Shown here: one piece after another, positions 29,006-42,695 of the stretch | Numbering within the stretch: position 1 is the first letter of the stretch | Layout of the letters: every line of letters starts with the position of its first letter | Origin: Octopus vulgaris | Taxonomy: Eukaryota | Assembly (NCBI GenBank): GCA_951406725.2 | Contig: OX597832.1 | Coordinates: 58,280,001-58,344,000 of the forward strand | DNA length: 64,000 bases | Direction of reading: 5' to 3' | Notes under the pieces: generated by a model | Told to the model about the DNA's origin: nothing | Database searches by the model: none | What the model saw: the letters and a program-made list of their open reading frames with translations, nothing else | Program-made: the position numbers and the translations under genes

Positions 29006-29167
29006 TGTATATATATATACACATGTATGTGTGTGGTGCATATATATATCATATATATATATATGCATATATACATATATATATATAAGTATGTATATGT
29101 ATATATACATTATATATAGCTATATAAAAATAGGTAGACACACACGTTCCCACCATATGCATACACA

Positions 29168-29224
<57 letters not shown>

Positions 29225-30491
29225 CTTTGTTTTGTATTCTGGTAATATGTAAGTGTGCATGAATGTATGTGTTTATATAACCATGCTCCGATGTGTGTGC
29301 ACAGATCTATGTGCGTGTTTGTATATGCATTTTCAGGACATGCATTTAAGTGCATGTACGTGTGTGCAAATGCTTATCTTCCATGTATGTGAGTATGCAT
29401 CTGCACGTGTGTATATGTTTGCTTATGCACACATGTATGTATGTATGTATGCATGTATGTATGTATTGTGTGTATGTATGTATGTTTGCATGTATGTATG
29501 TATGTATGCATGTATGTATGTATTGTATGTATGTATGCATGTATGTATGTATGTATATATGTATGTATGTATGTATATATGTATGTATGTATGTATGTGT
29601 GCATGTATGTATGTATGTATGTATGTATGTATGTATGTATGTATGTATGTATGTATATATGTATCTATGCATGTATGTATTTGAATCGCTCGGTATTTGT
29701 ATGTGTGTGTGTCTGTGCGTGTGTGTGTGTGTGTGTATGTGTGTCTGTTTGCGGTTATATTTGTTCTACCACCATCATGTTCCATACCGACACGTGTTGC
29801 TCGAAACAGCAGCCAAAGAGACTTGTAATATATCTTAGGCAACGTTGTTAGTGAAGGACAAATTGTAGAATGTAGCAGTGACTTCACCAGCAAAAGGTAA
29901 AAGAAAAAAAAAAGGTGATGGCCACGGTTGGGACGTGCTTTGGTTATAGGCCTGTTTCATCAAAGCTGTCCTCAGATTAAACAGTAACAGAAATAACAAC
30001 AACAAAAACAGCAGGCGCTGCAACAACAACAAATGACACATTATATATATGTTGCGTTGCCTGCGCGCGCATCTTTTTGTATGTGTGTGCATGTGCGTGT
30101 AAGTGTGTGCGTGTGTATGTGGTTTTATATATACGTTGTGTGGCCGCATGTGTGGGTTTTTGTTTATTCACTTCTACGCAATAACAACTGTCATTTTGAA
30201 TGTACATGTGTATGTATGAATATGTATATTTGTGCATTCCTATGTGTGTGTGTGTGTGTGTGCCTGTGTGTATGAGTATGTGTGTGTGTTCGTCTTCTAT
30301 CGTATGCTGCCATCGTTTCACATATCTCCATATTGTCTCCGTCTATGTATTCATGTATGTGTGTATGTATATAGGTGTGTCTGTGTGTGCGCATATGGAT
30401 TTATATATATATATATCTATGTATGTTTGCATATGTGGTGCACGTTTTGTATCTATTGTGTGTTTCTCTTCCACACATGTTGCTCCTAAAA

Positions 30492-30754
30492 TACAAGGTA
30501 GTTCTGAAAAGTCCCTCTCTGAAAGGTCCTCGCGAAAGGCCTGGCTGGAGGCTTAGACTTCTGAGTTCTTTTAGAGAGCTTAGAAAAACTGAAGGACCAC
30601 TGCAATAAGTGTGTGAATCTGAGAAGGGAAATATGCTGAGTAAAATCATAATTAATTGGGCTTACAACAGGGTCTTTCGTGATACCTTTAAAACCATCTG
30701 ATCCTCCTGTGTTTTTGTTTTACGCAAAGCCAAGAACTTACAACACCCCTTCAT
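30492..30754 (+). mobile_element. Mariner-derived non-autonomous element, copy 1
   Basis: Retains the transposase C-terminus (LEKLKDHCNKCVNLR). Paralog of 31220-31429. Confidence 0.75.
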
Positions 30755-30769
30755 ATGTATATATTGTCA

Positions 30770-31153
30770 TCGTGGCACTGCGTCGGTTGTGACGATGAGG
30801 GTTCGAGTTGATTCGATCAACGGAACAGCCTGCTTGTGAAATTAATGAGAAAGTGGCTGAGCACTCCATAGACACGTGTACCCTTAACGTAGTTCTCGGG
30901 GGAGAATCAGCGTGACACAGAGTGTAACAAGGCTGGCTCCCTTTGAAATACAGGTACAACAAAAACAGGAAGAAACAGTGAGAGAAATTTGTGGTGAAAG
31001 GGTACAACAGGGTTCGCCACCATCTCCTGCCGGAGCCTTGTGGGGCTTTAGGTGTTTTCGCTCAACAAACACTCACAACGCCCGATCTTGGAATCGAATC
31101 CGCGAAACTATGACCGCGAGTCCGCTGCTCTAACGACTGGGCCATTGCGCCTC

Positions 31154-31155
<2 letters not shown>
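30770..31155 (-). mobile_element. tRNA(Arg)-like SINE, head D plus tail D
   Basis: Minus strand ggaggcgcaatggcccagtcgttagagcagcggactcgcg..ttcgattcc. Confidence 0.85.
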
Positions 31156-31184
<29 letters not shown>

Positions 31185-31219
31185 ATATATATATATTCAT
31201 ACACACATACATACATATA

Positions 31220-31429
31220 CACGAGGGGTTCCTGGCTTTAAGGGTATCGCAAAAGGCCTTGTTGGAAGCCTAAACTTTCAACTTCTTTTACAGGGCTTAG
31301 AAATACTGAAGGGCCGCTGCAACAAGTGTGTAAACCCGAGAGTGGAATATGTTGAATAAAATCATAATTAACTGATCCTCCTCTATTTTGTTTTACCCAT
31401 AGTCCAGAACATTCAAGCATCCCCTCGTA
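31220..31429 (+). mobile_element. Mariner-derived non-autonomous element, copy 2
   Basis: Termini cgagggg..cccctcgta and remnant CNKCVNPRVEYVE*. Confidence 0.78.
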
Positions 31430-31744
31430 CACATCTATACAGCTTCCTATGTGAATGTGGGTGTGTATATGTGTGTATGTGTGTAATCAGTGTATATTTG
31501 TGTGTGTATCTGTGTGTGTGTATGTGTGTGTGTGTGTGTGTTTCTGCTACGGAATTATGTATTCCCGTTACGCGTCTGCGCGTTGCCCCCGCCCGTATGT
31601 CCGCGCGCGCGGTAGAGTGTGTGTGCGAATGTATGTATAGGTGCGTCTGTATTTCGTCATATACATTTCAGCATTTTCGCTGTTTGTCGTCGTCGTTGCC
31701 CCTCCTCCTCCTCCTCCTCATCATCATCATCATCATCATCATCG

Positions 31745-31791
<47 letters not shown>

Positions 31792-31795
31792 GTCG

Positions 31796-31839
<44 letters not shown>

Positions 31840-31940
31840 GTCGTCGTCATCATCATCATCATCATCATCATTATCATCATCATTTCCGTATAGATATATT
31901 CATTGATTATAACCCCCACCTCATCTTATTGTTATAGTTG

Positions 31941-32005
<65 letters not shown>

Positions 32006-32056
32006 GCTGTCGTTTACCCAGTGATTAAGCTTAATCAAGCAAATTTAGGATTAAAT

Positions 32057-32131
32057 GCAGTTGTAGCCAAGCGGTCTAATGCACTGCGTTCAGGTCACAG
32101 TCCGGTGTTAGTTCAAATCCTGCTCCTGACA
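32057..32131 (+). pseudogene. tRNA-Leu(CAG) pseudogene
   Basis: agccaagcggtctaatgcactgcgttCAGgtcacagtc..gttcaaatcctgctcctgaca closely follows metazoan tRNA-Leu-CAG. It has a broken acceptor stem and a variable-arm deletion. Confidence 0.8.
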
Positions 32132-32724
32132 ACACGTTAAATTTCTTACTAGCGTTGTTCCAGCATGGCCGCAGCCTTTGGGCCGAAAATCATGCGTAAA
32201 ATAGCCATAGTAACAGAATTAGCCTGTTCATTAATGTAATTAGTTCCTATGTTTAAAGGTGGTAGACTGTAATTTGAGGGAGCTTTGACTATTGTTTCGT
32301 ACAGGTGAGTCGTACATGCGAAGAGGATATATTATTAGATGTTCTTTCTTTTCTGTATGTGTGCGTCGGTGAACTGAAAATGTAGTTATGGAGAATTAGA
32401 ATTTGACTCAAAAAGACGAAGGATTAACAGAATTTGTCCCTGTCAGGCACTATTTAAAGAAGCATGTTATATATTCGAAAAGCTGACAGATTTATGGCTC
32501 TTCTGGTCAGAAATTCTTCTTATGATGGTGTTCTTTTATTCAATATCTTGTCATCGGCACTTTACTCTGCCTATGGCCAAGTCACTTAATTCTCAGTTAT
32601 ACTTTCTTTCTCGTTCTAAGTAGGTATGCGGTAATAGAATGGTTTCACCTCTGTAAACAGCACTGAACGTCTCCGTCAATAATGTCGAGTGCTTTATTTG
32701 CTTGTTGTTCCAAATGTCCCTGTC

Positions 32725-32773
<49 letters not shown>

Positions 32774-32824
32774 CTTAAAGTGTGCACGACTCCAAGAAGT
32801 CACCTTGCTTCCAGAAACAGTCTA

Positions 32825-32954
32825 CAATAAACCCTTGCCATATCGCGGTCCACCTGTCGTGGTTCGCCTATTGCGGTACTGTTTCTACTTCGCGGTTTTC
32901 ACTTATCGCAGCGGAGTTTGGAACGTAATATCCGCGATAGTTGAGGGATTACTG
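32825..32954. mobile_element. Tigger/pogo-like MITE
   Basis: Imperfect TIRs caataaacccttgccatatcgcgg and ccgcgatagttgagggattactg. Confidence 0.7.
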
Positions 32955-33539
32955 CATAAGGCTTCGCTGATACGTCTACAGTCTAAAGATATTTAGACAA
33001 CAGTTCTTAAAATATAGATATACAATGGTAATTAAGATTACCATTAATCAGCATATTAATTAGCTGGAAAAGGTTTCCAATTATAATAATTTTCGGATAT
33101 GTCAAATCACACAACGACACAATAAATGTTTCATTAAAATATTTAATATAATGATTTTTACAAGACTTGTCCTACTTCTTTTGGAATGCTGTTAAAACGA
33201 CACCAATGGTTTCATGTAAATAATATTACAATTATTCAATCGTAGTTTGAACCTCAATCTCCAATCATGCATTTTGTTGTTTGTATGTATTGTTGTGTTC
33301 TGGGGGGGAGTCATTCTGTCTTAATGCCTTATTAATTAACACACTCACCAGTTCGATTTCCACTCATTTACTTATATATTCTTTTTCTGAAATCTTCGTT
33401 GTTACTTGCAAACTCTTCAAAAGTTGTATCTATATATTTAGAAATAGATAGATGCACAAATAGATAGATAGACATATAAATAGATATATAGATAAATAGG
33501 TAGATAAATAGATAGATAGATAGATAGATAGATAGATGT

Positions 33540-33607
<68 letters not shown>

Positions 33608-33820
33608 GTAGATAGATTGCCACCACCTTGTTATTTAATGTTATTTGGAGTAAAGAAACTAGTCCAAGAGAAAGAATCAAAATTAGCGTATCTAAAATCA
33701 TCTGAATTTTATCGGGGATCATGCAAAACACTGGATGTATGTAAATGGAAATAATCGCCATTGTGATAAAAGTGATGGAAGTAAGAGAAACGTATTCGTA
33801 AATATAGAAAGATAGATAGA

Positions 33821-33883
<63 letters not shown>

Positions 33884-33915
33884 AGAATGTGGAGCATCAG
33901 AGCAGAATTGATAAA

Positions 33916-33968
<53 letters not shown>

Positions 33969-33972
33969 TTAC

Positions 33973-34031
<59 letters not shown>

Positions 34032-34256
34032 TGATGATGATGATGATGATGAGGAGGATGATGATGATAATGCTAAATAAGTAAATACATAAATGAAATA
34101 ATATGCATTCTTTGTGAATTCTGCACGAAATCTTTTTAAAATTCAAATTTATAGAAGAAATGAGAAGAAAAAAACATTGTAAAAAAAAAAAATTGTTCTA
34201 CTTCCGCTGCTGCATCTGGCACCAGCACCAGCACCAACAGCACCACGCCACCACCA

Positions 34257-34314
<58 letters not shown>

Positions 34315-34675
34315 GCAATCTATATTGATGGTATGTATGTCTACAGGGATTCGGAAATCTGTCACAGATATAAGTGTCGTGTAAATTGATATCTTTTTAA
34401 ACTGACAACTGATGTGCAGACACATATTTGAATTAATTATTCCACGTCAAAGAAATTTCTTGAAGTTTATAAAAAGAGAGGGTAAAGAAAAGACAAAGAG
34501 AACGAGAGAGAGAGAGAGAGAGAGAGAGAGGAGTAAGAGAGAGAGGGAAAGAGAGAGGGAGAAAGAGGGACAAAGAGGTGGAGAGGAAAAACTTGACTAA
34601 GGCAATGGTATCCGAATATAATATATATTATTGGATATTTATTGCGTAAAATTTCATATAGAGTTTTACTATAGC

Positions 34676-34707
<32 letters not shown>

Positions 34708-35271
34708 TGTATGTATTTATGCATGTATGTATGTATGTATCTATGTATCTATGTATGTATGTATATATGTATGTATGTCACTTCTATGTTTAATCATTAT
34801 AAATCTTACACTGAGGAGGGAGCCGGTTTCCATCAAAGATACAAGGCTCCATATTATATATATATATACAGAGTGTTAGTAACAGGTAAACTGGTTCCAT
34901 TCAAATAACTCGGAAAAATAAACCTGCCCAGTAACGTTGAGATCGTTAGTGGGCTCTTTTGCTTCATCGTGAAGCACTTGACGCGTAATCACAGGGATGT
35001 GAGTTCGAGGCTCTTGGCTGACCGGTAACGTATTTTCCTGCAATGCATGGATAGTTAATCCTGCTCACCCTATTTCATTAGCATTATCACGCGTTTGAGA
35101 ATAAAACAAATTATTTCTGTGTATATAGTGTATATATATATATATAAGTAAATAAATGGAGTTGAACGAAGATGTTATTAAACTTCTTTTACTTTCGACG
35201 TATGTTTCGAAGACAACATTGGTTTTATTCCAAAGGAATACATAAATATATATATATATATATGTATATAA

Positions 35272-35657
35272 CAAAAATTCAGGGTGAATACTTGATAGTT
35301 GTAAGCACCTGTATATACCTATAGTGGTGTAGGTGATAGAGTATATTAATCAAAATAAAAACATGATGCAAATGGTTTAGCGATACATATGTTTCGGGCC
35401 TTTATTAGACTGTTTTATAACAATGCATAATTGATGTAAATGTGTGTCTTTGGCCTTCTTCAGCCGCGTACAATTACTACTTTGCATCCCCAACGTAAAA
35501 CTTATAATGTAATATATGTCCTTGAAGTAGTAATTGTACGCGGCTGAAGTGGGCCATAGACACACATTTACATCAATTATGCATTGTTATAAAACCGTCT
35601 AATAAAGGCCCGAAACATATGTACCGCTAAACCCTTTGCATCATGTTTTTATTTTGA

Positions 35658-35665
<8 letters not shown>
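35272..35665. mobile_element. Inverted pair of PLE-like repeats, each with a minimal hammerhead
   Basis: Arms 35342-35482 and 35525-35665. Consensus gcgg-CTGAAGA-gggcc-(about 51 nt)-ggccc-GAAA-CATATG-TA-ccgc. Confidence 0.85.
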
Positions 35666-35724
<59 letters not shown>

Positions 35725-35733
35725 TTATTTACA

Positions 35734-35818
<85 letters not shown>

Positions 35819-36065
35819 TTAAATTTATATATACATATATAATTACAAACACACACTGACAATCTCAAAAGTCTATTTGTCTGTCTGTCTGTTTGTCTGT
35901 TTGTCTGTCTGTCTGTTTGTCCGTCCGTCCGTCAGTCTATTCTGATCCGCCTGTCTGTCTAGAACTAAATGAAAGTCAATATTCACAGAAGCGTATATAG
36001 TCAATATATATAAATTTACCATTTCACACTATTTAATGATTCTTCACTCCAGTTGTCGCACAGAA

Positions 36066-36130
<65 letters not shown>

Positions 36131-36494
36131 CACACACACGTACACACATGCTTACACAAACGGTACTCACAAAAGTGGTTATTGCAGAAAATTACTATCA
36201 ACGATGTTGTAGAAAACGATCAAACGATCTTTCCAAGTAGCACCGGTGAGAACACGGAATGAAATTCGCGTCGCCTAAATGTCTCTTTTAAGTTACAAAC
36301 ATTCTTAGCTGAACCAAACATCTGTGAGTGTGAAAAGTAAATGGAAAATAGAAAAAAAAAATCCAACAAAAACGTCACAAGAATTTTCTGAGTTTATCTA
36401 CAGCGATAGAATAATCGCAGAAGGAAAGGAGGAAATTGTTTGTTTCTTGCGTGGTGTAGTAAGTATAAATGGCATATCCGTGAGTATACTCTAC

Positions 36495-36893
36495 TCTCTT
36501 TTACTCTTTTGTTTGTTTCAGTCATTTGACTGCGGCCATGCTGGAGCACCGCCTTTAGTCTGGCAAATCGACCCCGGAACTTATTCTTTGTAAGCCTAGT
36601 ACTTATTCTATTGGTCTCTTTTGCCGAACCGCTAAGTGACGGGGACGTAAACACACCAGCATCGGTTGTCAAGCAATGCTAGGGGGACAAACACAGACAC
36701 ACAAACATATACACACACATACATATATACGACAGGCCTCTTTCAGTTTCCCTCTACCAAATCCACTCACAAGGCATTGGTCGGGCCGGGGCTATAGCAG
36801 AAGACACTTGCCCAAGATGCCACGCAGTGGGACTGAACCCGGAACCATGTGGTTGGTAAGCAAGCTACTTACCACACAGCCACTCCTGCGCCT
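36495..36893 (-). mobile_element. Full-length SINE family B
   Basis: Reverse-complement match to 9261-9662. Confidence 0.92.
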
Positions 36894-36959
36894 CTAGTGA
36901 CTTGTTTGCAAAAGTGTCATAAATTTTTCCCATAGCGAAGCAAGCGTGGTAAAATAGTG

Positions 36960-37260
36960 ACAGGGGTGGTCGAGTTAGTAAGTAGATTCCTTCTCAACCA
37001 TATGGTCTTGTGTTCAATCCCACTTCATGGTACGTCAGGCATGTTTTTCAACCATGGCTTCGTGCCGAGCAAAGACTTGAGTGGATGGAAACAGAAAGAA
37101 GCTCATATATATGTCTATATATGAGCTCATATGTGTGTGTGCCTGTGTGTGTGTGTGTGTGCGTGTGTTCATGTCTGTGTTTTTGTAACGTTTGATCCCC
37201 GCCACAACTCGTCAAGCGGTGGGCTCTTACAAATATAACGACAAAGTGATACGGAAACAC
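36960..37260 (+). mobile_element. Old diverged family-B-like SINE
   Basis: gttcaatcccact..gaaagaagctc..(TG)n.. is colinear with family B. Confidence 0.6.
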
Positions 37261-37297
37261 ACACATACGTACACACAAATACTTACACATGCATGTG

Positions 37298-37337
<40 letters not shown>

Positions 37338-37362
37338 AGAGACCAAAGTGTACGTACGCCGC

Positions 37363-37439
<77 letters not shown>

Positions 37440-37815
37440 GTATATGTATATATACATATATATAATTATATATATATAAAATACAAAATGGGACAAGAAC
37501 ACAAAACTTCCAGATAGACGATACAAAGAAATCAAGGACGGGTCATTCGGAGTTTTCTATCCTCAGTCGAGTTCCACATTATCTTTGCAATTTCGGCTGG
37601 TTATACTTGAGATTGCTCCAATCTGGCCATCCCCAAGCAAAAACTAAGCTAAGAGCACTAGATTCCTTGGAAGAAAGCAGCGAATGTATACAAAAACAAG
37701 ACGAAAAAACGGAGAATTTTACACAAATACAATAAAATAATAATAAGCATTACATAACAACAGGTATTTTCCGACTAAGAACGAATTGAAATAAGCTGGC
37801 GTTTGTGTGTGTGTC

Positions 37816-37888
<73 letters not shown>

Positions 37889-37889
37889 A

Positions 37890-38032
37890 TAGCGTCTACC
37901 AAATTCACTCACAGGGGTTTGGTCTGCCCTGGAGTATAGAAGAAGTCACTCTCCTTAAGTGCTATGCTGCGGGGCTGAACAGGGAACCCCGTGGTTGCTA
38001 AGCTAGCTTCTTAGCCACACATTTCTGCGCCA
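37890..38032 (-). mobile_element. Diverged SINE family B 5' half
   Basis: cgtctaccaaattcactcaca..ggggctgaac. Confidence 0.75.
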
Positions 38033-38267
38033 ATGTGAAAGAAATTCATTAAACTATAAAAAACTAAAAAAAAAAAGCCTCAACATTTTCTTCATGAAAT
38101 AACTATTTAGAAACGCCGGATAATGTTCAAACTGTAGAAATAGGGGGACGGGATCCTTCGATGTTTAAATGGTTTTGTCCTAAATCCGCTCATTATCTGT
38201 GAACGTATTTTAATTCGTTAAATCTTGGATGGTTTATTCCGAACTACACTTGACTCATTCAAAATAT

Positions 38268-38731
38268 TATTTCTTTATTGCCCACAAGGGTCTAAACATA
38301 GAGGAGACAAACAAAGGGATTAAATCGATTACATGGACCCCAGTGCGTAACTGGTACTTAATTTATCGACCCCGAAAGGATGAAAGGTAAATTCGACCTC
38401 GGTGGAATTTGAACTCAGAACGTAACGGCAGACGAAATACCTATTTCTTTACTACCCACAAGGGGCTAAACACAGAGGGGACAAACAAGAACAGGCAAAC
38501 GGATTAAGTCGATTACATCGACCCCAGTGCGTAACTGGTACTTAATTTATCGACCACGAAAGGATGAAAGGCAAAGTCGACCTCGGCGGAATTTGAACTC
38601 AGAACCTAACGGCAGACGAAATACGGCTTGGCATTTCGCCTGGCGCGCTAACGTTTCTGCCAGCTCGGCGCAGACGAAATACCGCTAAGCATTTCGCCCG
38701 GTGTGCTAACGGTTCTGCCAGCTCGCCGCCT
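38268..38731 (-). mobile_element. SINE family A with duplicated head and duplicated body
   Basis: 14-bp TSD ctcattcaaaatat at 38254-38267 and 38744-38757. Confidence 0.9.
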
Positions 38732-39426
38732 ATTCAAAATAGGCTCATTCAAAATATATCCCACTCACGAAGCAAATATCAGATATTTTGGGATTTAGGG
38801 ATCTCCTACGGCTGCAATCCCAACAATTTTTATCAGTCTATTCTAACATTTCAAAAATGTGACGAAAAATAAAAAACTTAAAGAAAATGGCAAAATTCTC
38901 TCACGAAATTTTATAATCCTTTTTACAATATTATGAAAAAATAAATGTTTCCCTAATATTTGAGATATTGTTTCTATGACCTATTGATCTCTTCATCTCG
39001 AAAGGAATTCCATCTGAATTACCATATTCTACAGCTATCAATTATGTTAACCTGGTTCCACTGAAGAATATTGATCACATCACGTGATGCTTTAAGAAGC
39101 TACCAATAATGGATTGGTCTCTTGGTATCTACACACTGACAGTTTTATATACACGTGCAAACTCATGCACACTAATTCATACACACATCAACACAGATCA
39201 ACACGCGTATACACAAAACACACTCTTAAATGAGTATGTATGCATGCATGTATGTATATATATATACTCGCATTTGCATGTTTACAGTGAGAAACACGAA
39301 GGTGGTGAAATACACATGCTTGGCAAATATATATGCAAGCATATTGACAAGTATATTTACATACATGCGTGCATACATGCATACATATATATATAAGTAT
39401 ATATAACATAAGTATTCATATACAAA

Positions 39427-39473
<47 letters not shown>

Positions 39474-39521
39474 TCACAGTAATATGACTGAAACAAGTAC
39501 AAGTGTACAAGTGTATATATA

Positions 39522-39569
<48 letters not shown>

Positions 39570-39649
39570 ACTTATCTCTCACTTGATGGAATAATTTTTT
39601 GTTGATTCTACCTGCATTGAATATATATATATACATATATATATATATG

Positions 39650-39717
<68 letters not shown>

Positions 39718-39865
39718 GATCTATCTATATATATATATATATACATACAAATAATCAGGTGCGCTCCACGCACAGTCTTTCCCACACATGGATGTGTGTG
39801 GGTGTGGGCATGTATCTGTTTTTTATATGTGTATTTATAGGTTTCGATAAAAAGCTCAGATAAAT

Positions 39866-39911
39866 GCGCATGCGCGTCATGCCGCCGCTAGCACTAGGAA
39901 CTTTCTCGAAG
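39866..39911. promoter_or_regulatory. NRF1-type palindrome plus heat-shock element
   Basis: GCGCATGCGC at 39866-39875 and gGAActTTCtcGAAg at 39897-39911. Motif match only. Confidence 0.4.
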
Positions 39912-41149
39912 TCTCCAGCAAAGATTATTACTTTGGTATATCTCTTTCCTAACATGGAGATTCTCGGTAGTTTTACTATATACAAAATATTTCTCTATAT
40001 CGTAGCAGAGTTATATCTACATAAAGATTATTTCTGCGTTTCAGATTTGAAAAGCATACATACATGGATTTGAAGAACGTATATCAACTCACAAATAATA
40101 AACAAAAAGTCCCGAACAATATCGCAGTAGAGAAACGTGTTTCCATACCAGGCATGAATGAAGAGTAAACCTGATTAGCAATACATTATTTTAAAATACA
40201 TATTACTGGAAAAAGTAGAATAAAAACGGATGGAATCTTCTTTGAAGAAGAAAAAAAAAACTCAGGAATATAACCAGTTTTTGTTTTAAATATACGATTA
40301 AACGATAATCAAATTACAAGTTTATTATAATATTTTTCTGATGATAATGTCGGAGCGTTTTTCCTTGTTTCACGGCGTCTTCATTGCATCATAGGTTATT
40401 GTTCTCATTTATAATAACCCAATTCTGAATGTAGAAGATGAAATTAAAACGAAATGAATTAAATAAAATAAAAGAAAAGATAAACAAAAACAGTACAAAA
40501 CAGCAAATATAGAAATATACAAACATACAAACATACCAACAACAACAAAAAATTGCATTGCATCAAAGAGAGAAAGAGAGAGAGAGAGGCCTGGTTGTCT
40601 GTGTCAGGCTGACTGGTAGACAGATTTGTGGTTGGGTATTTGCCGTTTGGCTTTGTTACTTCGAAAGCTATAGCCGCCGTTAAGGAAATCGATAATTAAC
40701 TGGCATTGATGTTTTTCAAGAAATAGATTCATGATTATGGGCGCCCCCCACTTCCCTAACTACCCCATCACTCAACCCTCAAACCTACGCCTACCCTATC
40801 TCTCTCCTCCTTTTTTTTTACTGGAAGCGTTGCACAACAGTGAGTTTGGATTCGCTTTATCAACTACAAAAAGAAAATACATTTAAAAATGGTGAATACG
40901 TTTTGAGTTTCGGAAATCTCTATTTATGAAAGACAATGGACCATATCATCCGTGATAGTTTCCCGTTCAATATTCATTATATATATGAAGATATTTTCGA
41001 TTATTCCTAACGATAATGACGGTACCGGAATAGTATAATGGTTATCAATGTATTTTATAAGTCTAGGGATTGGATGCCAAAAAAACAACATATAAATAAA
41101 TAAAACAAGAAGAGAAAAGAATACATATACATATGTGTATGTATGTCTA

Positions 41150-41230
<81 letters not shown>

Positions 41231-41773
41231 ATTTATCAGATAAAATAATACAAGATAAAATCACATTAAATATGTATGTAAAAAAAAACGTTGTTCCTAA
41301 TTTAATTAATTTCAATGCCACAACAAAAAGGATTTTCATACAAGAGCAATATGGCGCTTAATGTCACTTTGACCTTCTTGTCGAACGTTCATTCCAATAT
41401 ATCTTAGATTCATGATATATATACAATACGGATTTAAGAAGGAAGTATTTTAGCTATTTAATCGGAAGCGGATGAAATAAGTACTTGTGATTTACTAGGA
41501 ATCTACGATCGTATTTTTCTTCGAAAAGTCCTTGTATGCATACATACATACATACATACATACATACATACATACATGTTTTATATACATACATAATTGC
41601 ATACATACATATATACATGCATATATACATACATACATACATACATACATACATACATACATACTTACGTACAACATCGACAATTTCATGGACTCAATAA
41701 TATATATATTTCGATATTACTATTAAAAATTTTATGTATTATATATATATATATATAAAATTGGATTTATATA

Positions 41774-41841
<68 letters not shown>

Positions 41842-42275
41842 TACAAAGACGAAAAGACAAAACCATAAAGACACACAAAGATATATATATATATATACAT
41901 ATATATAACATATACTACTGACCAAGTAAGGCCACGTCCTAGAATCGAGAGTCCAAGAAGTTCCTTCGCTTTGAGTGAATAAGATGTGGCACAGCACAGA
42001 AATAAATCTTGAGCATTATCAAGTACAAACCCAGTGACGCAACAGAAGTCAAGACGACCTTTTTCCATACGGGTTTACCTTCTTCCTGAAGGAAGTTGTG
42101 ACGAGAATTAATGGTCCTTCACTCTCAGATGCCAATATAGTAATTAAGCCACAGCTGGGACACGACAGGTCAGGTACAACTACTCTTGGCTTGAATAAGC
42201 GTGGAACAAATACAAGGTCTAAGCGATGATGCTCTGGAACTCCCGAGCCTGGTCCCGACTACTGGATTCATGAAG

Positions 42276-42331
<56 letters not shown>

Positions 42332-42514
42332 GTATATATATATAAATAGATAATGCATGCATGCCAAGATGCATACATAGATACATATATACACATATAT
42401 ATACACATATACATATACATATGTATATATATATATATATGTACACACATACATACATGCATGAAAAATAATACATACATACATGCATATATAAATACAT
42501 ACATACATGATAGT

Positions 42515-42695
42515 TCGCTAGCCACTATACCTTTTTCTGTTTTCTCTCCCTGTTTATTTCTGTGTTCCTTTCTGTCGAAGAGCGTAGGCTCGAAACGTAA
42601 AAGACTTTCTCACTTCCCGAGCGTTAAACTAATACATCTGATTGTTGTTTACACACCTGTCTTTTGTTTTTTGATTTTTTTGTAAATTCTCACTA
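42515..42695 (+). mobile_element. PLE-like repeat with CUGUNGA minimal hammerhead, copy 1
   Basis: cttt-CTGTCGA-a-GAGC-gtag-GCTC-GAAA-CG-TA-aaag at 42568-42603. Confidence 0.78.

Noticed and set aside
33385-33426. Possible U3 hammerhead variant on the minus strand, sharing actcttcaaaagttg with 3291-3305
   Set aside because: GAAA and the stems are broken in both places, so it cannot be told from chance.
41915-42278. GC-richer island considered as an exon or HDV-like ribozyme
   Set aside because: No supportable splice and ORF pattern or nested pseudoknot was found by eye. It is probably an unidentified repeat.
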